Assembly (NCBI GenBank): GCA_963754305.1 | Contig: CAVWFR010000034.1 | Span: 5,452 to 69,451 of the forward strand | Direction of reading: 5' to 3' | Length of the DNA stretch: 64,000 nucleotides | DNA from: an uncultured beta proteobacterium | GTDB lineage: Bacteria > Pseudomonadota > Gammaproteobacteria > Burkholderiales > SG8-39 | Shown here: positions 19,340 to 26,945 of the stretch, in pieces | Layout: each line of letters starts with the position of its first letter | How positions within the stretch are numbered: position 1 is the first letter of the stretch | Position numbers and translations under genes: made by a program | Notes under the pieces: generated by a model | The model's database searches: none | Seen by the model: only the letters and a program-made list of their open reading frames with translations | Told to the model about the DNA's origin: nothing

Positions 19340-19499
19340 TCGCGCGAGACACCGAAAAACACGGGCTGTTGAAACGCGTCGTGAGCATGATCTCGTTGCC
19401 CCTGTCGAACAGCGCTTCCTCTCAACAGCCTCTGACTTGGGGGATCTGAAACGGGGCCTGCCCCCTTTTTCGACCCCTGCCAACGCCCCGGTCAATTGG

Positions 19500-20741
19500 A
19501 TGCGCGTCCTCGTCATCGACGACTCTCCCGAGTTCCGCAGCCGCGTCGCGCAGTATCTCGCCGCGGCGATGCCCGATGCCGAGCTCACGCTGTGGGATCC
19601 CGCGGCGCAGGGAAAACCCGGCGTCGGGTTCGACTGGCGCCGTTACGACGCGATGCTCCTCGACGACTCGCCCGGCCCGGGGCAGGACGGCCTCGCCTGG
19701 CTGGAGGCGTTTCGCGCCGAGGCGCGGGTCCCGCCGACCCTGATGCTGTCCGACACCGGCGGCGAGGACATGGCGGTCAAGGCGATCAAGGCCGGGGCCG
19801 CTGACTACCTCAAGAAGCCCGACCTGACGCCGATCCGGCTGGCGATGGCGATCAAGGAAGCGATGATCGAGGCGGTCGAGATCTCACGCGACGTCGACAC
19901 GTTGCGCATGACCCAGAGCCTCGAGATCGGCGCGATCGGCCAGCCGGCGGCGGCCGACCAGGCCGGGGTCTCCGGCTACCGCGTGCTGCGCAAGATCGGC
20001 GAAGGCGGGATGTCGCGCGTCTACCTCGCCGAGCGCGAATCCGACGGGCTGCAGCTCGTCCTGAAGATGCTCGACACGCGGCTCGCCCGCGATCCCCAGT
20101 CGCAGGCGCGCTTCGTGCGCGAGTACAAGATCATCCAGCGCATCCAGAACGCGCACGTGGTGATGATCTTCGACCACGGCTTCACCGCCGAGAACCCGTG
20201 GCTCGCGATGGAATATTTCCCGGGCGGGGATCTCAGCGAGCGCATCCAGAAGGGCATCAGCTCGATGGGCGCGCTCAAGATCCTGGTGCAGATGGCCGAG
20301 GCGCTCGACGCGGTGCACACCGCGGGCGTCGTCCACCGCGACCTCAAGCCGCAGAACATCATGTTCCGCGCCAACCACCGGCTCGCGATCCTCGACTTCG
20401 GCCTCGCGCGCGAGCTCGACGCAACGACGACGCTGACGCAGAAGGGGATGGTGATGGCCACCCCGCTCTACATGAGCCCCGAGCAGTGCCTCGGCCATCC
20501 GCACGACGAGCGCGGCGATCTCTACTCGACCGGCGTGATCCTGTACGAGATGCTCACCGGAACGCAGCCGTTCGAGGGCGAGAACGCCTCCGCGCTCGCC
20601 TATCAGCACGTCCACGGCGAGGCCCCGCGCCTGCCCCGGCGGTTGTCGGGGTATCAGCCGATCGTCGACCGGCTGCTCGCCAAGCGTCCCGACGAGCGGT
20701 TCCAGTCGGCGCGCGAGCTGTTCAACTTCATCGCGCACTAG
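19500..20741 (+). CDS. response-regulator receiver domain fused to a Hanks-type Ser/Thr protein kinase
   Basis: Starts [12 protein letters not shown]. The receiver has DAMLLDD and a YLKKP lysine. The kinase has [26 protein letters not shown] and SPEQ motifs. Confidence 0.8.
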   Translation: MRVLVIDDSPEFRSRVAQYLAAAMPDAELTLWDPAAQGKPGVGFDWRRYDAMLLDDSPGPGQDGLAWLEAFRAEARVPPTLMLSDTGGEDMAVKAIKAGAADYLKKPDLTPIRLAMAIKEAMIEAVEISRDVDTLRMTQSLEIGAIGQPAAADQAGVSGYRVLRKIGEGGMSRVYLAERESDGLQLVLKMLDTRLARDPQSQARFVREYKIIQRIQNAHVVMIFDHGFTAENPWLAMEYFPGGDLSERIQKGISSMGALKILVQMAEALDAVHTAGVVHRDLKPQNIMFRANHRLAILDFGLARELDATTTLTQKGMVMATPLYMSPEQCLGHPHDERGDLYSTGVILYEMLTGTQPFEGENASALAYQHVHGEAPRLPRRLSGYQPIVDRLLAKRPDERFQSARELFNFIAH

Positions 20742-20754
20742 GGCCGCGAGGGTC

Positions 20755-21555
20755 ATGTCCGAGACCGCGTATCTGGACCTGATGAAGCACGTCCTCGACC
20801 GCGGCAGCCGCAAGGCCGACCGCACCGGCACCGGCACGCTGTCGGTGTTCGGCGCTCAGATGCGGTTCGATCTCACCGAGCGCTTCCCGCTGCTCACGAC
20901 CAAGAAGCTGCATTTCAAGTCGATCGTCTACGAGCTGCTCTGGTTCCTGCGCGGCGACACCAACGTCCGCTGGCTGCAGGAGCGTGGCGTGACGATCTGG
21001 GACGAGTGGGCGGATGCAACGGGGGAACTCGGCCCGGTGTACGGCTACCAGTGGCGCAAGTGGCCCGACCGCACGGGGGGCACCATCGACCAGATCGCAG
21101 GCGTGGTCGATTCGATACGCGCCAGACCCGAATCGCGCCGCCATATCGTCACCGCGTGGAACCCCGCGGACGTGGACCGGATGGCGCTCCCGCCGTGTCA
21201 CGCGCTGTTCCAGTTCTACGTCGCGGACGGCCGCCTCTCGTGCCAGCTCTATCAGCGCAGCGCCGACATCTTCCTCGGCGTGCCGTTCAACATCGCATCG
21301 TACGCGCTGCTCACGCTCATGATGGCGCAGGTGACGGGCCTCGCGCCCGGCGAGTTCGTGCTGACGCTCGGCGATGCACACCTCTACCTGAACCACCTCG
21401 ACCAGGCGCGCGAGCAGCTCTCCCGCACACCGCGCCCCTTCCCGCGTATGAAGCTCGACCCGCGCGTCGCCGACATCTTCGGGTTCGCCTACCAAGACTT
21501 CTCGCTCGAAGGCTACGAGCCCCACCCCGCAATCAAAGCCCCGATCGCCGTCTGA
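20755..21555 (+). CDS. thyA: thymidylate synthase
   Basis: 266 aa. The LPPCH active site and the DRTGTGT and QRSAD motifs are present. Confidence 0.97.
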   Translation: MSETAYLDLMKHVLDRGSRKADRTGTGTLSVFGAQMRFDLTERFPLLTTKKLHFKSIVYELLWFLRGDTNVRWLQERGVTIWDEWADATGELGPVYGYQWRKWPDRTGGTIDQIAGVVDSIRARPESRRHIVTAWNPADVDRMALPPCHALFQFYVADGRLSCQLYQRSADIFLGVPFNIASYALLTLMMAQVTGLAPGEFVLTLGDAHLYLNHLDQAREQLSRTPRPFPRMKLDPRVADIFGFAYQDFSLEGYEPHPAIKAPIAV

Positions 21556-21612
21556 CTCGGCGGCACGCCCCGGGTTACCCCCCTTGTTCATACGAGTGTG
21601 CCCGCCCGGACC

Positions 21613-21652
21613 TTCTTTTTCGCGGCGCGCTACGCGCGCCCGAAAAAAGAAG
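21613..21652. repeat. 40-nt near-perfect palindrome (long stem-loop) between convergent genes
   Basis: cttctttttcgcggcgcg ctac gcgcgcccgaaaaaagaag. The T-run lies 5' and the A-run 3' of the GC stem, so this is not a canonical intrinsic terminator in either direction. A second inverted repeat, ggagagctc..gagctctcc, lies at 21682..21721. Confidence 0.5.
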
Positions 21653-21763
21653 GCCCGCGGGGAGGGGAGCGGGCCTGAAGCGGAGAGCTCACTGATGCGA
21701 TCTTGCTCGGACGAGCTCTCCCGGGGAGGACGTGGTGAAGTTGTTGTTGTCGCTGCGCCTGAA

Positions 21764-22159
21764 CTATTCCTTCTCCTGCCGCGACGGCCGGCTCACGACC
21801 GCACCGTCGACGACTCTCACCTTCTCGCCGACCGCAACCGCGGGCGGAGCGGCCTGGGACAGCGTCCGGTACAACCCGTCGTCCATCCGCACGGTGATCC
21901 GGTAGACCACGCGCCTGCCGCTGTCCCGCCCGGCGTCCGCGCCCTCGGGCACGACCACAGTCCGGATCGCTTCCACCGCACCGCAGTTCGCGCAGGACAC
22001 CGCCCCCGCCGGGGCGACCGGCACCCGCGCCGCGATCGGCTCGCTCGTGTCGGCTCGCAACGGCGGCGTGCGACCGCTCATGGCGGAGAGGGCGACGAGG
22101 CCAACCACCGTCGCCGATGCGGCAGCGCCTAGAGCGACGAGTTGCGGCCGGGTGGGCAT
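21764..22159 (-). CDS. hypothetical single-pass membrane protein with CxxC motif (131 aa)
   Basis: The ATG at 22159 is preceded by ggataagg. The 18 codons upstream, up to the GTG at 22213, use AT-ending rare codons. One N-terminal TM helix (QLVALGAAASATVVGLVALSA) is followed by SCANCGAVEAIR and YRITVRMDDG. Confidence 0.6.
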   Translation of the reverse strand: MPTRPQLVALGAAASATVVGLVALSAMSGRTPPLRADTSEPIAARVPVAPAGAVSCANCGAVEAIRTVVVPEGADAGRDSGRRVVYRITVRMDDGLYRTLSQAAPPAVAVGEKVRVVDGAVVSRPSRQEKE

Positions 22160-22252
22160 TGCCTTATCCAGGTCGGTGGCTCCCTGTAACGGGTATTGCG
22201 GTCTGAAGAGCACACGATGATGCGCTGCGTCGAAGACGCTTTAGTGATCCTT

Positions 22253-22268
22253 TGCAACCGCCGTGCCA
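22253..22268 (-). promoter_or_regulatory. sigma54 (-24/-12) promoter
   Basis: The minus strand reads TTGGCACGGCGGTTGCAA. This matches the YTGGCACGR-N3-TTGCW consensus at every specified position. It lies about 95 nt upstream of the ATG at 22159. Confidence 0.75.
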
Positions 22269-22287
22269 ACACAAAAATTACCCGCTC

Positions 22288-22300
22288 AATCAATAGTTTG
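22288..22300. promoter_or_regulatory. IHF-like site (WATCAANNNNTTR)
   Basis: AATCAATAGTTTG sits in the AT-richest part of the intergenic region, between the sigma54 promoter and the upstream palindromes. Confidence 0.35.
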
Positions 22301-22322
22301 TTGGAACGACGAGAGGAAACGC

Positions 22323-22340
22323 TGTCGGTGCTGCCCGACA
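22323..22340. promoter_or_regulatory. GlrR/QseF-type enhancer box 1 (TGTC-N10-GACA)
   Basis: TGTCggtgctgcccGACA, about 55-70 bp upstream of the -24 element. Confidence 0.55.
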
Positions 22341-22380
22341 CGGATGAAGCGAGCCGGTTTGATCGCGCAATAAGGATTGC

Positions 22381-22398
22381 TGTCGCCGCGGGACGACA
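22381..22398. promoter_or_regulatory. GlrR/QseF-type enhancer box 2 (TGTC-N10-GACA)
   Basis: TGTCgccgcgggacGACA, 58 bp (centre to centre) from box 1. Confidence 0.55.
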
Positions 22399-22402
22399 AG
22401 GA

Positions 22403-22672
22403 CTACTTCTTCGGCTGGCAGTAGTCGAAGCCGTCCTGCCATCCAGCGACGTATTGCGCTTCACCCTTGGGACGCAGCGCGTTTTGACCCGTGCGCGCCA
22501 CCGCGCAGCCGTCCCCAAACCCGCGGCGAAACTCGGGCGGGTAGCCGGAGAGATTGATCGAGCGCGTCACAGTGCCCGGGTTCTGTGCCCCGGGCCGCAG
22601 GCTCTCGTCGCTCGCACAACCGGCGACGCCGATGAGCACGATCAAGGCGTATCCGGCGAGGCGGCGGTGCAT
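22403..22672 (-). CDS. small lipoprotein (89 aa)
   Basis: Starts MHRRLAGYALIVLIGVAGC (lipobox). It lies 46 bp downstream of the glrR-like gene on the same strand. Confidence 0.6.
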   Translation of the reverse strand: MHRRLAGYALIVLIGVAGCASDESLRPGAQNPGTVTRSINLSGYPPEFRRGFGDGCAVARTGQNALRPKGEAQYVAGWQDGFDYCQPKK

Positions 22673-22718
22673 CGCTTGCACCGGGCGGTGGTGAACCTGC
22701 GACGCGCGCCTGGGTGCG

Positions 22719-24086
22719 TCAGCGGCCCGCGGTCTGCGCACCGCGCTCGACTTTGAACATCCCCGGCTGGAGCCGGTGGCGCTCGAGCAGCTTGTAGAAC
22801 TCCGTGCGGTTGCGCTGCGCGAGACGCGCCGCGCGCGACACGTTGCCGCGGGTGAGCCGCAGGATCCGAACGAGATAGTCGCGCTCGAAGGCGCGTTTCG
22901 CCTCGTCGAGCGGCGTGAGGCCGGCAGGCTCGCTCTTGAGCGCCGCCGCGACGAGCGCCGCCGGCACGATGGGCGAGGTTGCGAGCGCGACCGCCTGCTC
23001 GACGACATTCGCGAGCTGCCGGACGTTTCCGGGCCACGGCGCACCGATCAGCAGCTCGAGCGCCTCGGGCGCGAACGCCCGCACGTCCTTGCCGTAGCGC
23101 CCGGCGGTCGCCCCCAGAAAGTGGGTAGCGAGCGGCACGATGTCCTCGCGCCGCTCGGCGAGGGCGGGAACCGCGAACGACACCACGTTCAGGCGATAGT
23201 AGAGATCCTCCCGGAACTCGCCGGACGCGACCCGCCCCTCGAGATCGCGATGCGTCGCCGACATGATGCGGACGTCGATCGGCATCGACTGCGTCGCGCC
23301 GACCGGCCGCACCTCGCGCTCCTGGAGCGCGCGCAGGAGCTTGACCTGCAGCGCGATCGGCATGTCGCCGATCTCGTCGAGGAACACGGTCCCACCCTCG
23401 GCGGACTGGAACAGGCCCTTGTGGTCGTAAGCCGCGCCGGTGAAGGCGCCCTTGCGATGGCCGAAGAGCTCGCTCTCGAGCAGCGCCTCCGGGATCGCCG
23501 CGCAGTTCACCGCGACGAACGGCGAGCCGGAGCGCTTGCCGGCCCGATGGATCGCACGGGCGAGCAGCTCCTTGCCCGTGCCGCTCGCGCCGGCGATGAG
23601 CACGCTCGCATCCGACTGCGCCACGAGCCGAGCCCGGCGCAGGAGATCTTCGATCTGCGGGCTCGCCGAGACGATCCCGGCCCGCCAATCCTCGCCTTCG
23701 GCCGGCGCGCGGGCCGAGGAGGACAGCTTCAACGCCTGGGCGACCTGGGCGAGCAAGTCCCGCGCCTCGAACGGCTTCGGCAGAAAGCCGAACACGCCGC
23801 GCTTGGTGGCGTCGACCGCCTCCGGAATGGTGCCGTGCGCGGTGAGGATGATGACCGGCAGCGTCGGCGCGGTGCGGCGGATGGCCTCGAACAGCGCGAG
23901 GCCGTCCATTCCGTCCATCCGCAGGTCCGTCACGACCACGTCGGGTCGCGAGACGGCGATCGCCGCGAGCGCGCGCGCGCCGCTTTCCGCGGTTTGTGCG
24001 GCGTGCCCTGCGGCGCCCAGGCGGAGCGCAAGGAGCTTCAGAATGTCGGGATCGTCGTCGACGACCAGGATCGTGGATTGGGTCAT
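22719..24086 (-). CDS. glrR: sigma54-dependent two-component response regulator, GlrR/QseF-like
   Basis: 455 aa. The receiver reads ILVVDDDPDILKLLALRL..TDLRMDGMDGLALF..PVIILTAHG. It has an AAA+ domain with the GAFTGA loop and a C-terminal HTH. It aligns closely by eye with recalled E. coli GlrR. Confidence 0.88.
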   Translation of the reverse strand: MTQSTILVVDDDPDILKLLALRLGAAGHAAQTAESGARALAAIAVSRPDVVVTDLRMDGMDGLALFEAIRRTAPTLPVIILTAHGTIPEAVDATKRGVFGFLPKPFEARDLLAQVAQALKLSSSARAPAEGEDWRAGIVSASPQIEDLLRRARLVAQSDASVLIAGASGTGKELLARAIHRAGKRSGSPFVAVNCAAIPEALLESELFGHRKGAFTGAAYDHKGLFQSAEGGTVFLDEIGDMPIALQVKLLRALQEREVRPVGATQSMPIDVRIMSATHRDLEGRVASGEFREDLYYRLNVVSFAVPALAERREDIVPLATHFLGATAGRYGKDVRAFAPEALELLIGAPWPGNVRQLANVVEQAVALATSPIVPAALVAAALKSEPAGLTPLDEAKRAFERDYLVRILRLTRGNVSRAARLAQRNRTEFYKLLERHRLQPGMFKVERGAQTAGR

Positions 24087-24790
24087 GGCTTCCTAGGGGG
24101 CGGGGACTGCTGCCCCCGCTCGATGAGTTGCTTGTCGATTGCGCGCAGCTGCTCGACCTGCTCCTTCAGTTGGTCGGCGCGCTTCTGGGTCTTCAGCCGC
24201 TCGGCGAGCTGCGCATGCACCAGGCTCGCGAGCTGGCGGAGCGCGCCGCTGCCGGAAGCGACCGGCTCGAGGAGCTGGATCGCGCGCGCGTCGTCCTGGA
24301 ACGCGGTGCCCGGCAACGCATACAGCAGTGCTAGCCGCACTCGGCTCGCTCCCGACCGTTCGCGATTGAAGCTCTGCGTCGCGGCCGCGAGCTCGCGCTT
24401 CTGCTCGTCCGGACCGAGGCCTGCGACGCGCTGAGTGTAACCCAGGAGGTCGATTACTTGACGCGCCTCTTCCGCTTCCGCCGACGGCTGCACTAGAGGC
24501 GGCTGCACTGCGGGCGCGGGCGGCTCCACCACCGCGGGCGCGGGCGGCTCCACCACCGGCTGGGGCGGCTCCACCACCGCGGGCGCGCGCGGCTCCACCA
24601 CCGGCGCGGGCGGCTGCATCGGGACGCAGCCGGCGAGCGCGAGCGCGACGAGCGTTGACGCGAGCGAACGCGCCAGGAAGCGAATCGACGCCGTGGCGCG
24701 GCGATTCTCCTCAGACCGGGAAGCACGCGAGACCCCGTCCCCTGGTGTCGTGGAAACTCGGTAGTACACCGCGTGCGGCCCGCGCTTCAC
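24083..24790 (-). CDS. QseG/YfhG-like lipoprotein (start uncertain)
   Basis: It sits between the kinase and regulator genes, as qseG does. It has a lipobox (LVALALAGC), a proline-rich VVEPPAPA repeat and a coiled-coil-like C-terminus, LKEQVEQLRAIDKQLIERG. The GTG at 24790 overlaps the kinase stop (GTGA), and its own stop overlaps the glrR ATG (ATGA). An alternative ATG at about 24617 lies after the lipobox. Confidence 0.55.
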   Translation of the reverse strand: MKRGPHAVYYRVSTTPGDGVSRASRSEENRRATASIRFLARSLASTLVALALAGCVPMQPPAPVVEPRAPAVVEPPQPVVEPPAPAVVEPPAPAVQPPLVQPSAEAEEARQVIDLLGYTQRVAGLGPDEQKRELAAATQSFNRERSGASRVRLALLYALPGTAFQDDARAIQLLEPVASGSGALRQLASLVHAQLAERLKTQKRADQLKEQVEQLRAIDKQLIERGQQSPPPRKP

Positions 24791-26238
24791 GCCACCTCCC
24801 GCCGCGAAGCGACCTGGGGCAGCGTCAGCCGGAACCGGCCGCCGGGTCCCTCGAGCGCCTCGATCCTGCCCCCGTGCGCGACCGCGAACTCGCGCGCGAT
24901 CGCGAGCCCGAGTCCGCTGCCCTTGACGCGCGCACCGGATGGCCGCTCGCCGTGAAAGAACCAGTCGAACACCTTCTCGCGATCGGCGTCCGGCACGCCG
25001 GGACCCTCGTCGGCGATCTCCAGGCACACGTCGCGCTCGCCCGGCACGACGGTGACGCGGACGGTGCCGCCCTCGGGCGAATACTTCACCGCGTTCGACA
25101 CCAGGTTGTCGGCGACCACCCGCAGCTTCTCCGCGTCGCCAAGCAGCGGGGAGGGTTTCGCATCGAGCGCGAATGCGACCGCGCGGCCGGCCGCGTTGAG
25201 CTTGTGCCCGTCGATCGCGGCATTGGCGACCGCGGCGAGATCGACCTTCGCGAGCTTCAGCTGCTCCACGCCTGCTACCGCGCTCTGGTAGTGCAAGAGG
25301 TCCTCGATCAGGCGCTGGAGCTGCACGCTGTTCGACTGCAGGATTGCGACGATTTCGCGCTGCTGCGGCGTCACCGGCCCGCAAGCGCCGTCGGCGAGGA
25401 GCTCCGAGCCCTCGCGGAGCGCGGTGAGCGGCGTCTTCAGCTCGTGCGAGACGTGCCGCAGAAACCGCGCCTTCTGCTCCTCGAGCGCCCCCAGCCGCAG
25501 GCGGAGCCAGTCGAGACGCTCGCCGAGAAACTCGAGATCGGCCGGCCCCTGCACGTCCACCGCCGCGCCGAACTCGGCGGCGCCGAGCCGGCGGATCGCG
25601 CGGTCGAGCTGGCGGATCGGCCGCGCGATGAGGAACGCGAACAGCACCGCGATCGCGAGCCCGAGCGGGAACGCGGCGGCGAGCTGGACGAAGAGCGCAG
25701 ACTGCGTCGCCGATGCGATCTCGCGCATGCGCTCGACCTCGCGGTCGATCAGCAGGCTCGACTCGTTCAGCACGCTCCGCGCGAGCCCAGAAAGCTCGAC
25801 GTAACCTTCGATCAGCTTGCGCCGCTCGGGCGCCGGCGTGGGCTCGACGACCAGCTCGTCGTAGAGCGCCTGCTCCTTGTCGATCGTGCGGTTCAGCTCC
25901 GAGAGCTGCAGCTCGTCGAGCGGCAGCAGCGACAGCTCGCTCGTGGTGCGCTTGAAGTTGGCGCGGATCTTGGAATAGTCTTCGAGGAGCCCCGGATCGT
26001 CGAGGATCACGTACTGGCGCACGACTCTTTCCATCGACTGGGCCTGCTCCATCAGGAGCCGCGAGCCGCGCGCCGCCTGCACCGCCTGGTCTACCGCGCT
26101 CTCGCTCATGCTCGCGAGCCGCTGCATCGAGAGCGCGGCGTTCACCAGCGCGACGACGAGCGGCGCCGCGACGACGACGAAGCCGATCAGAAGCAGCTTC
26201 AGGAACGACTTCGGGTAGTAGAAATTTGCGAGCTTCAA
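24787..26238 (-). CDS. glrK: sensor histidine kinase, GlrK/QseE-like
   Basis: 483 aa with two TM segments. The periplasmic block ERVVRQYVILDDPGLLEDY is present. H-box FLRHVSHELKTPLTALREGSELLADG..GPVTPQQREIV. The HATPase domain has GSGLGLAIA. Confidence 0.88.
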   Translation of the reverse strand: MKLANFYYPKSFLKLLLIGFVVVAAPLVVALVNAALSMQRLASMSESAVDQAVQAARGSRLLMEQAQSMERVVRQYVILDDPGLLEDYSKIRANFKRTTSELSLLPLDELQLSELNRTIDKEQALYDELVVEPTPAPERRKLIEGYVELSGLARSVLNESSLLIDREVERMREIASATQSALFVQLAAAFPLGLAIAVLFAFLIARPIRQLDRAIRRLGAAEFGAAVDVQGPADLEFLGERLDWLRLRLGALEEQKARFLRHVSHELKTPLTALREGSELLADGACGPVTPQQREIVAILQSNSVQLQRLIEDLLHYQSAVAGVEQLKLAKVDLAAVANAAIDGHKLNAAGRAVAFALDAKPSPLLGDAEKLRVVADNLVSNAVKYSPEGGTVRVTVVPGERDVCLEIADEGPGVPDADREKVFDWFFHGERPSGARVKGSGLGLAIAREFAVAHGGRIEALEGPGGRFRLTLPQVASRREVA

Positions 26239-26350
26239 TGCGGGTCGCGGCCGAACCTATAATCGGAGCGCCCCATGATACAGGCGCGGCCGCGGTGCCG
26301 CGCGTTCCGCGCTGCTGACAACGCCGGGTGACAACGCTGCCGCCAACAGA

Positions 26351-26905
26351 ATGCCGATCATATCGCTCGTTGCCGCGCTGGCGCGCAACCGCGTGATCGG
26401 CGCGGCGAACCGCCTGCCGTGGCATCTGCCAGAGGATCTGCGGCGGTTCAAGCGGCTGACGCTGGGTGCGCCGATCATCATGGGAAGAAGGACCCATGAA
26501 TCGATCGGCAAGCCGCTCCCGGGCCGGCGGAACATCATCGTCACGCGCGCGCCCGGCGCGAGCTGGGACGGCTGCGAAGTCGCCCGCTCGCTCGACGACG
26601 CGGTGCGGCTCGCCCGGCCGGCGCCCGAGGTGTTCGTGATCGGCGGGGGAGAGCTGTACGGGCACGCCCTCGCGCGCGCCGATCGCCTCTACCTCACCCT
26701 GATCGATGCCGAGTACGCGGGCGACGCCTGGTTTCCGGCGTTCGATGCGGACGATTGGCGCGAGGTCGCGCGGGAGCCTGGTGTGGCCGCGAACGGCCTG
26801 CGGTTCGCGTTCGTTACCTTCGAACGCGTGCGATCAGGCGCATCGGCGCCCGGCGGCCAAAGCTCGCGCGGAGGCGCGACTCGAAGCCCGAATCAGCCGC
26901 TCTGA
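26351..26905 (+). CDS. folA: dihydrofolate reductase
   Basis: Starts MPIISLVAALARNRVIGAANRLPWHLPEDLRRFKRLTLG, with IMGRRTHESIG. It has a C-terminal extension of about 20 aa relative to typical FolA. Confidence 0.92.
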   Translation: MPIISLVAALARNRVIGAANRLPWHLPEDLRRFKRLTLGAPIIMGRRTHESIGKPLPGRRNIIVTRAPGASWDGCEVARSLDDAVRLARPAPEVFVIGGGELYGHALARADRLYLTLIDAEYAGDAWFPAFDADDWREVAREPGVAANGLRFAFVTFERVRSGASAPGGQSSRGGATRSPNQPL

Positions 26906-26945
26906 AGGTCGCCGCCGCGCAGGCGCCGCGACGCGCGGCGGCGCG

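Noticed and set aside
21613-21652. Palindrome after thyA as a bidirectional rho-independent terminator
   Set aside because: The T-run precedes and the A-run follows the GC stem on both strands, the reverse of what a terminator needs. It is kept only as an inverted repeat.
21556-26350. GlrK-QseG-GlrR block as a mobile genomic island
   Set aside because: No integrase, transposase, tRNA target, terminal repeats or visible compositional change was seen.
24083-26665. 860-aa minus-strand ORF spanning the kinase region
   Set aside because: Only its last 235 codons or so (the QseG-like protein) look real. The upstream part overlaps the well-supported GlrK-like gene in another frame and is Arg/Ala/Gly/Pro-rich and low in complexity.
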